From NCBI RefSeq assembly GCF_009914755.1, contig NC_060947.1: a stretch of 64,000 bases of DNA; one strand, given 5' to 3'. Positions 41,360-55,062 of the stretch are shown here, one piece after another. Position 1 is the stretch's first letter. Each line of letters begins with the position of its first letter. Under the pieces are notes generated by a model that had not been told where the DNA came from, did no database searches, and saw only the letters and a list, made by a program, of their open reading frames with translations. The DNA is from the human T2T-CHM13v2.0 reference genome, Homo sapiens. A program made the position numbers and the translations under genes.

Positions 41360-43871
41360 CTATGGAGAAAGCAGAAACACTGATTGTATATGATGGTCCT
41401 GTGACAATGAACCTCACACTACACTGACAAGGAGAAAAGCTTCCCATCTAGGCCATCATCTTCAGCTCCCAGGAGTTTTCTCTTTCTTAAAACACCTACC
41501 ACATTCATAGTCTGAATCATGACCCCTAGTGAGGGATGATATACTGAGTACCATTGTCTATCCATGTTTCATGTATGGTACTTTCAATTGCATCAAGAGT
41601 AAGACTGAGACCATGTCCAAATGGAATGCCGTTTTCTGAAGAAAAGTCAACCAGCAGATGGCCCTATAAATGTCACCTTTTCTCAGAGCCTCAAAGACGG
41701 GAAGCTCCTGGCCCAACTCTAGGGCAAGGGACTGGGCCAAGGAAGATGAGAAAAATCTTCTGCAGCCTGACTGTAGCTGACCCAGAAGTGGAAATGTGCT
41801 GCTTCATCTGAATGAGTTCTAAAAGAAGGACATCATTTCTTAACTGCTTTGGACACACAAAAATTGAACTTTTGCTAAAAGCTGGCCGAAAACTTGGTAG
41901 TGGCCCAGAATACCATTTCTTCCTGTGAAACCAGAAGAGGAAAACTTCATCATGAGCAATGGGTCCCAATAGGCCTGAGTTTCTACTGGTAGAGCCATGT
42001 TCCCAGGACCCTCATGCCTGCTAGCATCCTAAGCATTACTGCTTCTCAACAACAGACAGACAGTCTCCCCAACCCCCTTTCTGCACAAAGAGATGAGGGT
42101 CCCTGGGAAAGTATGCTGCTTCCTGCAGTCTCCCCACTTCTCAGCTTTCCTAATTACATCTGTTAATTAGTCCAGCACATCAGGGAAACCCCTGGAGGAA
42201 CCATAAAGTCAAAACATGCTTATACCACCTCTTAGTTTGAAAGTGTTCAAAGCCTCTAATTGTTCTAAGTTTCCCATTCAAGCTGCCAGCAATGGCTTTC
42301 CAAAGGCATGGTGCTCACAAACTAACAACAGCTTGCTGGGTGCAGAGAGCAATATGTTACATTAGAAAAATATTTATATTAATAACATCACCCCCACCTA
42401 AGGTTAACTCAATCCCTGTTTTCCCAATCAAAACGATTGCAAGCCTTACACAAAAGGAGATATACTTAAAGATTATCCCCATTGTGTCAGCCTCCCAATC
42501 ATCCAAGAGATGCCCAGAGAAGAGAAGGTGACTTGAAGGACTGCAGGGTCACTCTCATTAAGCCTCTTTCCAGTCCTGGGTCTTGACCTCATCAAATTGG
42601 CCAACACCTTTCTTCGGCCCACTTGTCCTTCATCCATTCATTCCATGATCACAGAATGACAATCAGAGCTACCAACTAACTGAATGCTTACTCTGTGACA
42701 GGCACTCTGGTAAGTACTTCCAAATCTGTCATCTCATTTTACCCTCACAAGAAACTCTAGAAGTCAGTATTTATTGTCATTACTATTTTAGGCTTGAGAA
42801 AACTGTGACCCAGAGACAATAAGTAAGTTTTCCAGGTGGAGAGCAATGAAGCCAAATAAACACAGATCTATCTAACTTCAAAGCCTGTCCTTTTAACCAC
42901 TTGGCAATACAAAGCACTTACATATAGATCAGTCACTGGGGAGACAAAGATGAATAAGACTCAGGCCATGACTTCATGGAGCTCACAGTCTGATGAGGTG
43001 AGATACATCGAAATAGAGCATTTCAATTTAGTGTCATGAGTACTAGGATGGGATTATCTGTTGGTGCTGTGAGAGCTATTGATTACCATGTCCAAATGAC
43101 CCTAGTCACTGGTTAGCACTGTTAGTTCAATAGGCATCCTGCATATTGTCCTAGTAGTGGATCCAATGACAGAGGCTACATGGTTTTGAGCCTAGCTGCA
43201 GACCTCCTACCAATATCTTGGACCTTGGCTCAATAAAACACAGAGCCCTTAACTCTGATACACCAAATATCTCTGAACTATTTACCTGCCGCCACATCCT
43301 TGACCCTGAAGATCTCTGCCATATCTTCCTATTTGAGGCTGCCTTTGACCCTGACTAGCTGACTTTATTTTTGGTCATGAGTCAGGAATACCTCACCTGT
43401 GAGTGTCCCTCTGTTAGTGGTCTCAAGGATTTGGCACTTTGTTTCAAGACCTGCCTGTATTTTCATGAGGACTCACTTAGTTCTCCCCACCGGATCACAG
43501 GTTTCTGAATCTAACAGCCAAATTCATACCTTCCTCTATATCTTCCTGTGGTTCCTTGTAGAGAGCTTATCACATAGTGAAAATTTACTTAGGGCTGTTT
43601 CTGCCTCAGCTGCATGCAAAGAAGGTAAGAAACAGGAATATTCAGGGGCTTTGTAAGGATACACAAAGACAGAAAAGTAGGAATAAGAAAGATGAAATCA
43701 ATTGTGGCAGACAACGGAGATTAGCATTTAGAGACTTTAAAAGGCAACACAAATATACAAATTTAGGAACAAGAAAAGTAGAAATAATGTGAATTCAGAA
43801 ACTATTCTTCACGTAACTATGCTAATTAGTTTGAAAACAAATGAAATGGATGATTTTTAAAGAAAAGTCTA

Positions 43872-44203
<332 letters not shown>

Positions 44204-47049
44204 TCAAAAAGAAATAGAAAATTGAAACTAGCTAATAGCTGTAAAAAAAAATTAGTAAATGCTTCAAACAGCAACCTTCCCTGCAAAGTCACCAGAGCAT
44301 TCATTTTGGAGGTATTTGTGGAAATTGCTTCCTAAGAAGAAAACCTAAAAGCTCCAAAGCAGCCATCTCAGACACATGCCATGATATCCTATTGTAGGAC
44401 AATAATGTCTTACATATTGCTCTAGGGGTTGCTGTTACAATGATCCACCCTCCTCCAACCACAAGCCTCTCTACCCACACCCAGGCTTTGGGAAAAGCCT
44501 TTGGATAACCCCTCTTTGGGGGAGCCTCTAAGAAAGGCAAAGTCCCCTGTGCTTCTGACAGACTCACAATGGTGTGGCTGGCTTCAAACACAATCATGCT
44601 ACAATCCAGCTGTTCAGCATCAGATGTCTTTGTGTGATCCCATTCCACATTTTACTGGCTCCCAAATGCAGACAAATGCACTTTGTGCATGTGGATACCC
44701 AGCTTTTCTAAATGTCTTGGCTATTGAGACACGGCAGCCCCCCATCTTTGTTACAGGGTTGGGAAAATAGAATGCTCTCCATCTTAAATAAGAAGAACTC
44801 AAAGCGCAGAGAGTCAAAGTGTCCCGAAGATACACAGCTGGCTCATGGCAGAGTTGGGACTAGCATTCAGGTGTTCTGCTTCAATTCAGGACAAAATAAC
44901 TCAATTGCCTGAAAGAACATATTATCCTAAAGCACTGACTTCAAAGGCATATCTATAGCCTAGACAGGAAAATCTATATTTGTCCTAATCAATGCCTGCT
45001 ATGCATTAGAACATCTTACTGGATTGAAAAAATAAGCTTCTTTAAGGATATGTTTAATCTATGGACAACAAAACTCCTATTCATTACTGTAACAATAACC
45101 AAGTATATGGTGGAGAAGGAGGACAAGGAGAGGGAGAAGGAGGGAGAAAAGAAAGAAGAAGAAGAAGGAAAAGAAGGAGGAGGAGAAGAAGAATGGAATA
45201 TAAGAAATAATTCTCAAATGAAACTCACACTCACTTAACACCTGCTTTTTAAAATTCTATGGAGGTAATGTGATACAAAGTCCACCTTAGCTAACATTAC
45301 ACATGTATGATTTTCCAAGTTAGTTTTTTTGAGATATAATTTCCATTACAAGGGGGCAACAGAAATAGTAAATATAATAATCATCATAATATCACTTACA
45401 GCATTACAGCATCCTCAGGGATCAAAGGTCTTGCTGACATCAGCTTCAGTATGAATCATACTTGGATTTTTAAGTCAGGGAAGAGAACACAAAGGCATGA
45501 CACCTACCATTATAATTAATCAACTTCCAGCACAAAATCAATAAAATCAACTCACATTAACATTGAACCATTAACTCAATGCTCTTCCTTTGAAAAAAAA
45601 AACCAGCAGGTGTTGGGGGAAGGGAAGCCAGCTTGGTTGTGCATTAGCATGAATGATAGATTATATGGATAGTCCAGTGGCTTAAATGTCAAATTACACA
45701 TGGGGAAATGGAGACAACAGATCACGGTGTCAGAGAAGTTTGAGTCTATTAGCTGCAAATAGAAACTTCACTGTGTGACTTGATTTAAGCTTGATTAGAT
45801 TCTCCATCCACATATTATAGATGCTGGCAGTTCGTTTTTGAACATGCCTGGTTCTAGTAGATTCTACATTTCACTTACCTAACTATTCAGAAATAAATGT
45901 TTTCTCGAGAAGTAAGGTCTTGCTCACATTATCTATGATGCTCACTTTTAACTTGTAAAATACTTTCTTCAAAAGTTCAATTCTACTAATATTGATACAT
46001 TAAGCACTTACTAGGGCAAAGGAACTCTGTAAGAGATACAGAAATGTGTAATAAAGGGCCATGTCTTCAAAGAGTTGACAACATAATAAGCAAGTCAGGA
46101 TTACACAAATAATTGGAATACAAGGCAGGCTGTTGTTAGCACTACTATAAAGATGCAAAGAACAAGGGAAGCACAGAAGATAAAGAGAACAATTCTAATT
46201 ATGAACTGGGGAAGGCTTCACAGAGAAAAACTGAGTCTTGAAGGATGAGTGGGATATAGGTTGATGGAGGTATTCCTGGCAGAGGTGATTGCAAAACAAA
46301 GGTAGGTACCTTTTTCTTAACAGCCCTAGGAAGAGTTGCATCCTGTTGACTACAGTAAGGCATTCTGATTTTCCAAAGCTGTGCAGAGCACAATTAATTG
46401 CCTAGACTCACCTGCCAACCTTCTGCACAGGCAAAACATAGAGTTATCTATTGGTGGAATTCAGGGTGAAGAGGAGGGCAGAGAGTGTCTATGAGGAGGA
46501 GTGGCCAGAGTGGTAAAGAAGAGGGAAACACCGTGGCAAGGAACACAAACCACACTGATTTTTCAGTCTTGCCAACAGTGTGCCTTGCCTATCAAGAATG
46601 GCAGGGAAATTTTGCAAAATGAGTTAATAAAATCTCAGTAAACATAACAGATGAGGCTTTTTCTAAATGTTACTGCTACTCGTATTTTGGAACATTTCCC
46701 ACCTACCAGCCCTGGACCAGCTCCAGTCAGAGGTTGACACAGAGTTGGCTTGGTGAACTGCAGCAACCTTTCGGAAACAATCCTGACTTTTTTTTTTTTT
46801 TTTATCAAACTCATGTTTCTGGGGTTATCTTGAAGCCTTACTTGGGGGCTTTTTATGACAACATTTTTGCCTGCGCAACAAGTTCCTTGGTTCTGTAGTG
46901 CCTTTTTTTTTTTTTTGCACAGTTCTCTTTATTCAATGCCCTGAACTTCCCTAAAATCTGTGCTGAAATAATAACAATGGCACTTACATTTGTATGGTAT
47001 TTTTACTGTTTTTGAAACACTTCCACATTTATGGTATTTTATGTTTTCT

Positions 47050-48330
47050 TTCATACTTGTAATTCTCCTCTCAACTCAATCCGATCAGGCTTCCATTCCC
47101 ATTGCTCCACCAAGGCTGCTCTTGTTAAGGCCAACAATGGCTTCCATGTTGTCAAATCCAATGGTCCTTCCCTGGCCTCATCTTACTCAACCCATCAGCA
47201 ACACTGGATATAAGTTGATCGAGTTCTTTTCCCTAAATACTTTTCCTTCTTTGCTTCTGTGAGATCACCATCTTCTGAATTTCCTTCTGCTTCAATCTCT
47301 TTTGCTAGATTCTTTTCCTTTTTTAGACTTCCAGTATTTGAAAGCCCCAGTGCTCAGGTCTTACATCTCTTTTATTTTTTATTTACATATTTTTACTAGG
47401 TGATCATATCCAGTTCCAAGGCTTTACACACTGCTATGGTTTCAATGTTTGTCCCCTCCAAAACTCATGTTGAAACTTACTCCCCAATGTGGCATTATTG
47501 AAAGGTGGGGTTTTTTAGAGATGATTGGGTCATGAAGGCTCTGGATGAATGGGTTAATGGATTAATGAGTTACCATGGGAGGAGAACTGATGGCTTTTAT
47601 AAGAAGAGAAAGTGAGACCTGAGCTAGCATGTTCAGTCCCCTTACCATGTGATGCCCTATACCACCTCAGAACTCTGCAGAAAGTCCCTACCAGCAAGAA
47701 GGCCCTCACCAGATTTGGCCCCTTGACCTTGAACTTCACAGCCTCCAGGACTGTAAGAAATAAATTATGTTTCTTTATATATTACCCAGCTTCAGGTAAT
47801 CTGTTATAAACAACAGACAATTAACTAAGACACATGCCATATATATACTGAATACTCACACATTGATATCTCCAGGTCCTTCTTACCCCTGTACTCTAGA
47901 CATGTATTTCCATCCAACTGCCTGTTCAATATCTCCACTTGCTTGTCTGATAGGCATCCCATGTTTAATATGCCCAAGACTAAACTGTTATTTCTCTCCT
48001 CCATATTTTACTTCCCTTCAGCTTTCCTTATCTTAAAGAAAAGGCACAATTCTCACAATTACCCAAACCAGAAACCTGAGAGTCATTTTTCATTAGGAGC
48101 CACTTTTCTCCCTCTCCCTGGTCACGGTACTAGTCTAAAATACACTACAACATAGCCTCATAACTGTTCTCTAGGCAGCATGCCCTCCCCATGCCCCACA
48201 AATACCTATTCTGTGTTGCATAAAGCAGTCAGAGTAGTATTTTACAATTTTAATCAGGAATATCACTCTTCTGTTTAAAACCCTTGAAAGTCTGCCCATC
48301 ACTGATAGAATAAAATCCAAACATTTTAGC
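47050..48330 (+). mobile_element. L2 LINE remnant interrupted by an MST LTR
   Basis: L2-like segments ggcttccattcc...gtcaaatccaatggtc, aactgcctgttcaatatctccacttg...ggcatc and gaataaaatccaaac. Confidence 0.65.
47432..47832 (+). mobile_element. MaLR solo LTR (MST-type)
   Basis: tgctatggtttcaatgtttgtcccctccaaaactcatgttgaaac...gcctccaggactgtaagaaataaatt...actaagaca, with TG...CA ends. Confidence 0.85.
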
Positions 48331-50542
48331 TCCCTGGGTCGGGGAAGGGCAGCACTCATCTCTATAGCTCCAGGCCACACTTTTCCCTTGCTGGAGCCAG
48401 GGAGCTGTACTGCTTGGTCCCAAGACATGTCCACAACAGCCCAGCACACTGGCTGTGGCAGACTGTGGCCAGAGTGCCTCTTCAGGCCTGACCCTGACTC
48501 ATCCTTCCTCACTGGGTGGGGATTCCCTGCAGGAACTTTATTAACTCTAGTCAGAGGCTCAGGGGCAGAACTCTGATCTCCGTGGGCCTGAACCTGTAGG
48601 AGTAAGGGGGTCTGCAGTCTCTGTAGACCAGCAGACTTAGCCTTTCTTCCTGGTAGTTCTGAGGAATCAGGGCAGCCCAGATGAGTGGGTTTTCCCCCAG
48701 TGAGGCACACCCCTTCCACCAAGGGACAAAGTGCTTCATTAAATGGGTCCTGTTCCCCATGCCACTCGACTGAATGAGACCCTTCAACAGGGGTTGTCAG
48801 ACAAACTCATACAGGAGTGATCCTACTGGCATCAGGTTTGTGCCCCTCGAGGTCAGAGATACCAGAAGAAGGAAGAGACACCCATCTTTGCTGTTCTCCA
48901 GCCTCCTTGAGTGACATCTCTAGGCATGGAGTGAATCAGATGAATAGGGCCTGAAGTGAACCCCCAGCAAAAGACAGCTACCCTACAGAAGAGGGACCTG
49001 ACCATTGAAAGAAAAACAAACAAACAGAAAGCAACAACAACAGCATCAACAACAACCAAAGAGCCCCCACAAAAACCCCATGTAAAGGTCAGCAGCCTCA
49101 AAGATCGAAACTAGACAAACTCATGAAGATGAGAAAGAATCAATGAAAAAATGCTGAAAACCCAAAAGCCCAGAGTTCCTCTTCTCCAAATGTCTCTTCA
49201 AGGGCACAGAATTAGAAGGAGGGTAAGACTGACGAATTGACAGAAGTAGGCTTCAGAAGATGGGTAATGAAAAAACTATGCTGAGCTAAAGGAACATGTT
49301 CTAACCCAATGCAAAGAAGCTAAGAACCTTGATTAAAGGTTAGAGGAGCTGCTAACTAGAATAGTCAGTTTAGAGAGGAACATAAATGACCTGATGGAGC
49401 TGAACAACACAGCACGAGAACTTCATGAAGCATACACAAATATTAATAGCCGACTCGACCAAGCAGAAGAAAGGATATCAGAGTTTGAAGACCACCTTAC
49501 TGAAATAAGGCATGCAGAAAAGACTAGAGGAAAAAGAATGAAAAGGAATGAACAAACCCTCCAAGAAATATGGGACTTCGCAAAAAGACTGAACCTACGA
49601 TTGATTGCAGTACATAAAGGAGACAGGGAGAATGGAAACAAGCCAAAAAACACACTTCAGGGTATTATCCAGGAGAACTTCCCCAACCTAGCAAGACAGG
49701 CCAATATGCAAATTCAGGAAATACAGAGAACACCACTAAGATACTCCATGAGAAGATCAACCCCAAGACACATAATCATCAGATTCTCCAAGGTCTAAAT
49801 GAAGGAAAAAATGTTAAGGGCAGCCAGAGAGAAAGGCCAGGTCACCTACAGAGGTAAGCCCATCAGACTAACAGCAGACTTCTCAGCAGAAACTCTACAA
49901 GCCAGAAGAGATTGGGGGCCAATATTTAACATTCTTATAGAAAAGAATTTTCCACTGAGAATTTCACATCCAGTCAAACTAAGCTTCATAAGCAAAGGAG
50001 AAATAAAATCATTTCCAGACAAACAAATGCCGAGGGATTTCATTACCACTAGGCCTGCCTTGAAAGAGCTCCTGAAAGAAGCACTAAATATGGAAGGGAA
50101 AAACTGGTACCAGCCACTGCAAAAACACACCAAAATATAAAAACCAATGACACTATGAAGAAACTGCATCAAATAGTGTGCAAAATAACCAGATAGCATC
50201 ATTATGACAGGACCAGATTAACAGATATCAATACTAACCTTACATTTAAATGGACTAAATGCCCCAATTAAAACAACAGACTGGAAAATTGGATAAAGAG
50301 TCAAGACCTATTGGTGTGCTATATTCAGGAGATGCATCTCACGTGCAAAGACACACACCAGCTCAAAATAAAGGGATGGAGGAAAATTTACCAAGCAAAA
50401 GGAAAGCAAAAAAAAAAAAAAAAAAGCAGGAGTTGCAATCCCAGTCTCTGACCAAACAGACTTTAAACCAACAAAGATCAAAAAAAGACAAAGAAGAACA
50501 TTACATAATTGTAAAGGGAACAATTCAACAAGAAGAGCTAAC

Positions 50543-50545
<3 letters not shown>

Positions 50546-50591
<46 letters not shown>
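50546..50591. repeat. (TA)n microsatellite inside the L1 ORF2 endonuclease region
   Basis: About 23 perfect TA units. Confidence 0.95.
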
Positions 50592-50594
<3 letters not shown>

Positions 50595-51909
50595 ATCCAA
50601 TACAGGAGCATCCATATTCAAAAAACAAGTTCTTAGAGGCCTACAAAGAGACTTAGACTCCCACACAATAATAGTGGGAGACTTTAACACCCCACTGTCA
50701 ATATTAGACATATCAACGAGACAGAAAATTAACAAGGATATTCCAGACTTTAACTCAGCTCTGGATCAAGTGGACCTAAAAGACATCTACAGAACTCTCC
50801 ACCCCAAATCAAGAGAATACACATTCTTCTCAGGACCACATGGCACTTATTCTAAAATCAACCACATAATTGGAAGTAAAACACTCCTCAGCAAAAGCAA
50901 AAGAACTGAAATCCTAACAAACGGTCTCTCAGACCACAGTGCAATCAAATTAGAACTCAGGATTAAGAAACTCACTCAAAACCACACAATTACATGGAAA
51001 TTGAACAAACTGCTCCTGAATGACTCCTGGTTAAATAATGAAATTAAGGCAGAAATCAAGAAGTTCTTTGAAATCAAAGAGAACAAAGAGACTACGTACC
51101 AGAATCCCTAGGACACAGCTAAAGCAGTGTTAAGAGGGAAATTTACAGCACTAAATGCCCACATCAGAAACCTAGAAAGATATCAAATTGACAACCTAAC
51201 ATCACAATTAAAAGAGCTAGAGAGGCAAGAGCAAACTAATCCAAAAGCTAGCAGAAGACAAGAAATAACTAAGATCAGAGCAGAACTGAAGGAGATAAGC
51301 ACACAAACTCCCCCCCACCCCCAAAATCAGTGAATCCAACAGCTGGGTTTTTTTTTTTTTAATTAACAAAATAGATAAACAGCTAGCTAGCCTAATAAAA
51401 AGAAAAGAGAGAAGAACAAAATAGACACAATAAAAATGATAAAGGGGATATCACCACTGACCTCACAGAAATACAAACTATCATCAGAGAATACTATAAA
51501 CACCTCTATGCCAATAAACTAGAAAATCTAGAAGAAATGGATAAATTCTTGGATACATACACCCTCCCAAGACTAAACCAGGAAGAAATTGAATCCCTGA
51601 CTGGACCAATAACAAGTTCTGAAATTGAGTCAGTAATTAATAGCCTACCAACCAAGAAAAAAAAAAAAAAAAGCCCAGGACCAGACAGATTCACAGCCAA
51701 ATTCTACAAGAGGTACAAAGAGAAGCTGGTACCATTATTTCTGAAACAATTCCAAACGACTGAAAAGGAGGGACTCCTCCCTACCTCATTTCATGAAGCC
51801 AGCATCATCCTGATACCAAAACCAGGAAGAAATACAACAAAAAATAGAAAATTTCAGGCCAATATCCCTGATGAACATAGATGCAAAAATTTTCAATAAA
51901 ATACTGGCA

Positions 51910-52200
51910 GGCTGGGTGCGGCAGCTCACTCTTGTAATCCCAGCACTTTGGGAGGCTAAGGTGGTCAGATCACCTGAGGTCAGGAGTTTGAGACCAGCCT
52001 GGCCAACATGGTGAAACCCCATCTCTACTAAAAATACAAAAATGAGCTGGGCATGGTGGTGGGCACCTGTAGTCCCAGCTACTCAGGAGTCTGAGGCAGG
52101 AGAATGGCTTGAATCTGGGAGGCAGAGGTTGCAGTGAGTGGAGATCGCGCCACTGCACTGCAACCTGGGCGACAGAACGAGACTCCATCTCAAAAAAAAT
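51910..52200 (+). mobile_element. AluS-type element nested in L1 ORF2
   Basis: Full Alu body with imperfect TSD aataaaata(a)ctgg. Confidence 0.95.
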
Positions 52201-54524
52201 AAAATAACTGGTGAACCGAATCAAGTAGCACATCAAAAAAACTTATGCATCATGAACAAGTCGGCTTCATCCTGGGATGCAAGGCTGGTTGAACATATGC
52301 AAATCAATAAACATAATCTATCACATAAACAGAACCAAAGACAAAAACCACATGATTATCTCAATAGATGCAGAAAAGGCTTTGATAAAATTCAACATTC
52401 CTTCATGTTAAAATCTCTCAATAAACTAGGTATTGATGGAACATATCTCAAAATAGTGAGAACAATTTATAACAAACCCACAGCCAATATCAAATTAAAT
52501 GGGCAAAAGCTAGAAGCATTTCTTTTGAAAACTGGTACAAGACAAGGATGCCCTCTCTTACCATTCCTATTCATCATAGTATTAGAAGTTCTGGCCAGGG
52601 CAATCAGTCAAGAGAAATAAATAAACGGTATTCAAGTAGGAAGAGAGGAAGTAAAATTGTATATGTTTGTAGATGACATGATTTTACATTTAGAAAACCC
52701 CATCATCTCAGCCCCAAAACTCCTTAAACTAACAAGCAATTTCAGCAAAATCTCAGGATACAAAATCAATGTGCAAAAATCACAAGCATTCCTTTACACC
52801 AACAATAGACAAGCAGAGAACAAAATCATGAATGAACTCCCACTCACAATCACTACAAAAAAAGAATAAAATACCTAGGAATACAGCTAACAAGGGATAT
52901 GAAGGACCTCTTCAAGGAGAACTACAAACCACTGCTCAAGGAAATAAGAGAGGACACAAACAAATGGAAAAACATTCCATCCTCATGGATAGGAAAAATC
53001 AATATCGTGAAAATGGCCATACTGCCCAAAGTAATTTATATATTCAGTGCTATTCCCATCAAACTACCATTGACATTCTTCACAGAATTAGAAAAAAAAC
53101 ACTTTAAATTTCATATGGAATCAAAGAAGACCCTGTATAGCCAAGACAATCTTAAGCAAAAGAACAAAGCTGGAGGCATCACGCTACTTGACTTCAAACT
53201 ATACTAGAAGGCTACAGTAACCAAAACAGCACGTTACTGGTAGCAAAACAGTCATATAGACTGATGGAACAAAACAGCAACCTCAGACATAATACCACAC
53301 ATCTACAACCATCTGATCTTCGACAAACCTGACAAAAACAAACAATGGGGAAAGCATCTCCTATTCAATAAATGGTACTGGGAAAAACTGGCTAGCCATA
53401 TGTAGAAAACTGAAACTGGACCCCTTCCTTATATCTTACACAAAAATTAACTCAATATGGATTAAAAACTTAAATGTAAAACCCAAAACCATAAGAACCC
53501 TAGAAGAAAACCTAGGCAATACCATTCAGGACATAGGCACGGACAAAGACTTCACGACAAAAACGTCAAAAGCAATTGCAACAAAAGCCAAAAATGACAA
53601 ATAGGTTCTAATTAAACTAAAGAGCTTCTGCAAGGCAAAAGAAACTATCATCAGAGTGAACAGGCAACCTACAGAATGGGAGAAAATTTTTGCAATGTAC
53701 CCATCTGACAAAGGTCTAATATCCAGAATTTACAAGGAACTTAAACAAAATTTACAAGAAAAAAACAAACAACCCCATGAAAAAGTGGGCAAAGGATATG
53801 AACAGACTTCTCAGAATAAGACGTTTACATGGCCAACAAACATAGGAAAAAAAGCTCAACATCACTGATCATTAGAGAAATGCAAATCAAAACCACAATG
53901 AGATACTATCTCACGCCAGTCATGCGTCTTTATAGTAGAATGATTTATAATCCTTTGGGTATATACCCAGTAATGGGATTGCTGGGTCAAATGGTATTTC
54001 TAGTTGTAGATCCCTGAGGAATCGCCCTACTGCCTTCCACAATGGTTGAACTAATTTACATTCCCACCAACAGCGTAAAAGCATTCCCATTTCTCCACAG
54101 CCTTGCCAGCATCTATTGTTTCTTGACTTTTTAATAATCACCATTCTGACTGGTGTGAGATAGCAACTCGTTGTGGTTTTGATTTGCATTACTCTAATGA
54201 TCAGTGATGTTGAGCTTTTTTTCCTATGTTTGCTGGCCACATAATGTCTTATTTTGAGAAGTCTGTTCATATCCCTTGCCCACTTTTTCATGGGTTTTTT
54301 TTTTTCTTGTAAATTTGTTTAAGTTTCTTGTAATTCTGGATATTAGACCTTTGTCAGATGGGTACATTGCAAAATTTTTCTCCCATTCTGTAGGTTGCCT
54401 GTTCACTCTGATGATAGCTTCTTTTGCTGTGCAGAAGCTCTTTAGTTTAATTAGAACCCATTTGTCAATTTTGGCTTTTGTGTTCAATCTGGAATGTTTC
54501 ATAGACTGTCAGAGCTAGAAGAGA

Positions 54525-55062
54525 CAACAGATGAAAAGGATAAACAAAATGTGGTATATCCATACAATGGAATATTATTCAGCTACAAAAAAGAATGCAG
54601 TTCTGATATATGTTACAACATGGACTTTGAAAACATTATGTTAAGTGAAATAACCAGACAGAAAAGGACAAAGATTGTGTGATTCCACTTGTATGAAATA
54701 TCTAGAAGAGACAAATTCATAGGATCAAAGACTGGATTAGAAGTTGCCAGCAGCTAGTGGGAGGAAGGAATAAGAAGTCATTGCTTAATGGTAACAGTTG
54801 GTTGTCATGTTAAAAGTTTAAAAAGTTCTAGAACTAGATACTGATCGAACGATACTGTGAATGTAACTAAAGCCACTGAATTGTACACATAAGATTATTA
54901 AAATTAATTGCACACATTAAAATGGCAAAATTTATGTTACACATATTTGACCAAATTAAAAACATTAATAATATAATATACCCAAACCATTGAATTATAC
55001 ACTTTAAATGGGTGAATTATACATTATGTGAATAATATAACAATAAAACTGTTAAAAAAAGA
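54525..55062 (+). mobile_element. L1MB-like 3' end
   Basis: gataaacaaaatgtggtatatccatacaatggaatattattcagc...cactttaaatgggtgaatt...caataaaactgttaaaaaaa. Confidence 0.8.

Larger units (their letters stand above)
48333..54481 (+). mobile_element. Near full-length, decayed older L1PA: partial 5' UTR, ORF1, ORF2, rearranged 3' end (53923-54481 inverted), no poly(A)
   Basis: ORF1p remnants (49394..49798, 49799..50140) and ORF2p EN/RT remnants (50674..51111 GDFNTPLS, 51537.., 52657.. FVDDM for FADDM, 52899..). Many stops and frameshifts. Confidence 0.93.

Noticed and set aside
48171-48722. 183-aa minus-strand ORF, possible L1 ORF0 or antisense-promoter product running in the DCX direction
   Set aside because: It spans a decayed old L1 5' UTR and L2 flank, begins at a non-ATG codon, and shows no recognisable ORF0 similarity. 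The element is CpG-depleted and its 5' end appears missing.
49394-53207. Possibly retrotransposition-competent L1
   Set aside because: ORF1 and ORF2 have multiple stops and frameshifts, an Alu and a (TA)n inserted, an altered RT motif and no 3' UTR or poly(A).
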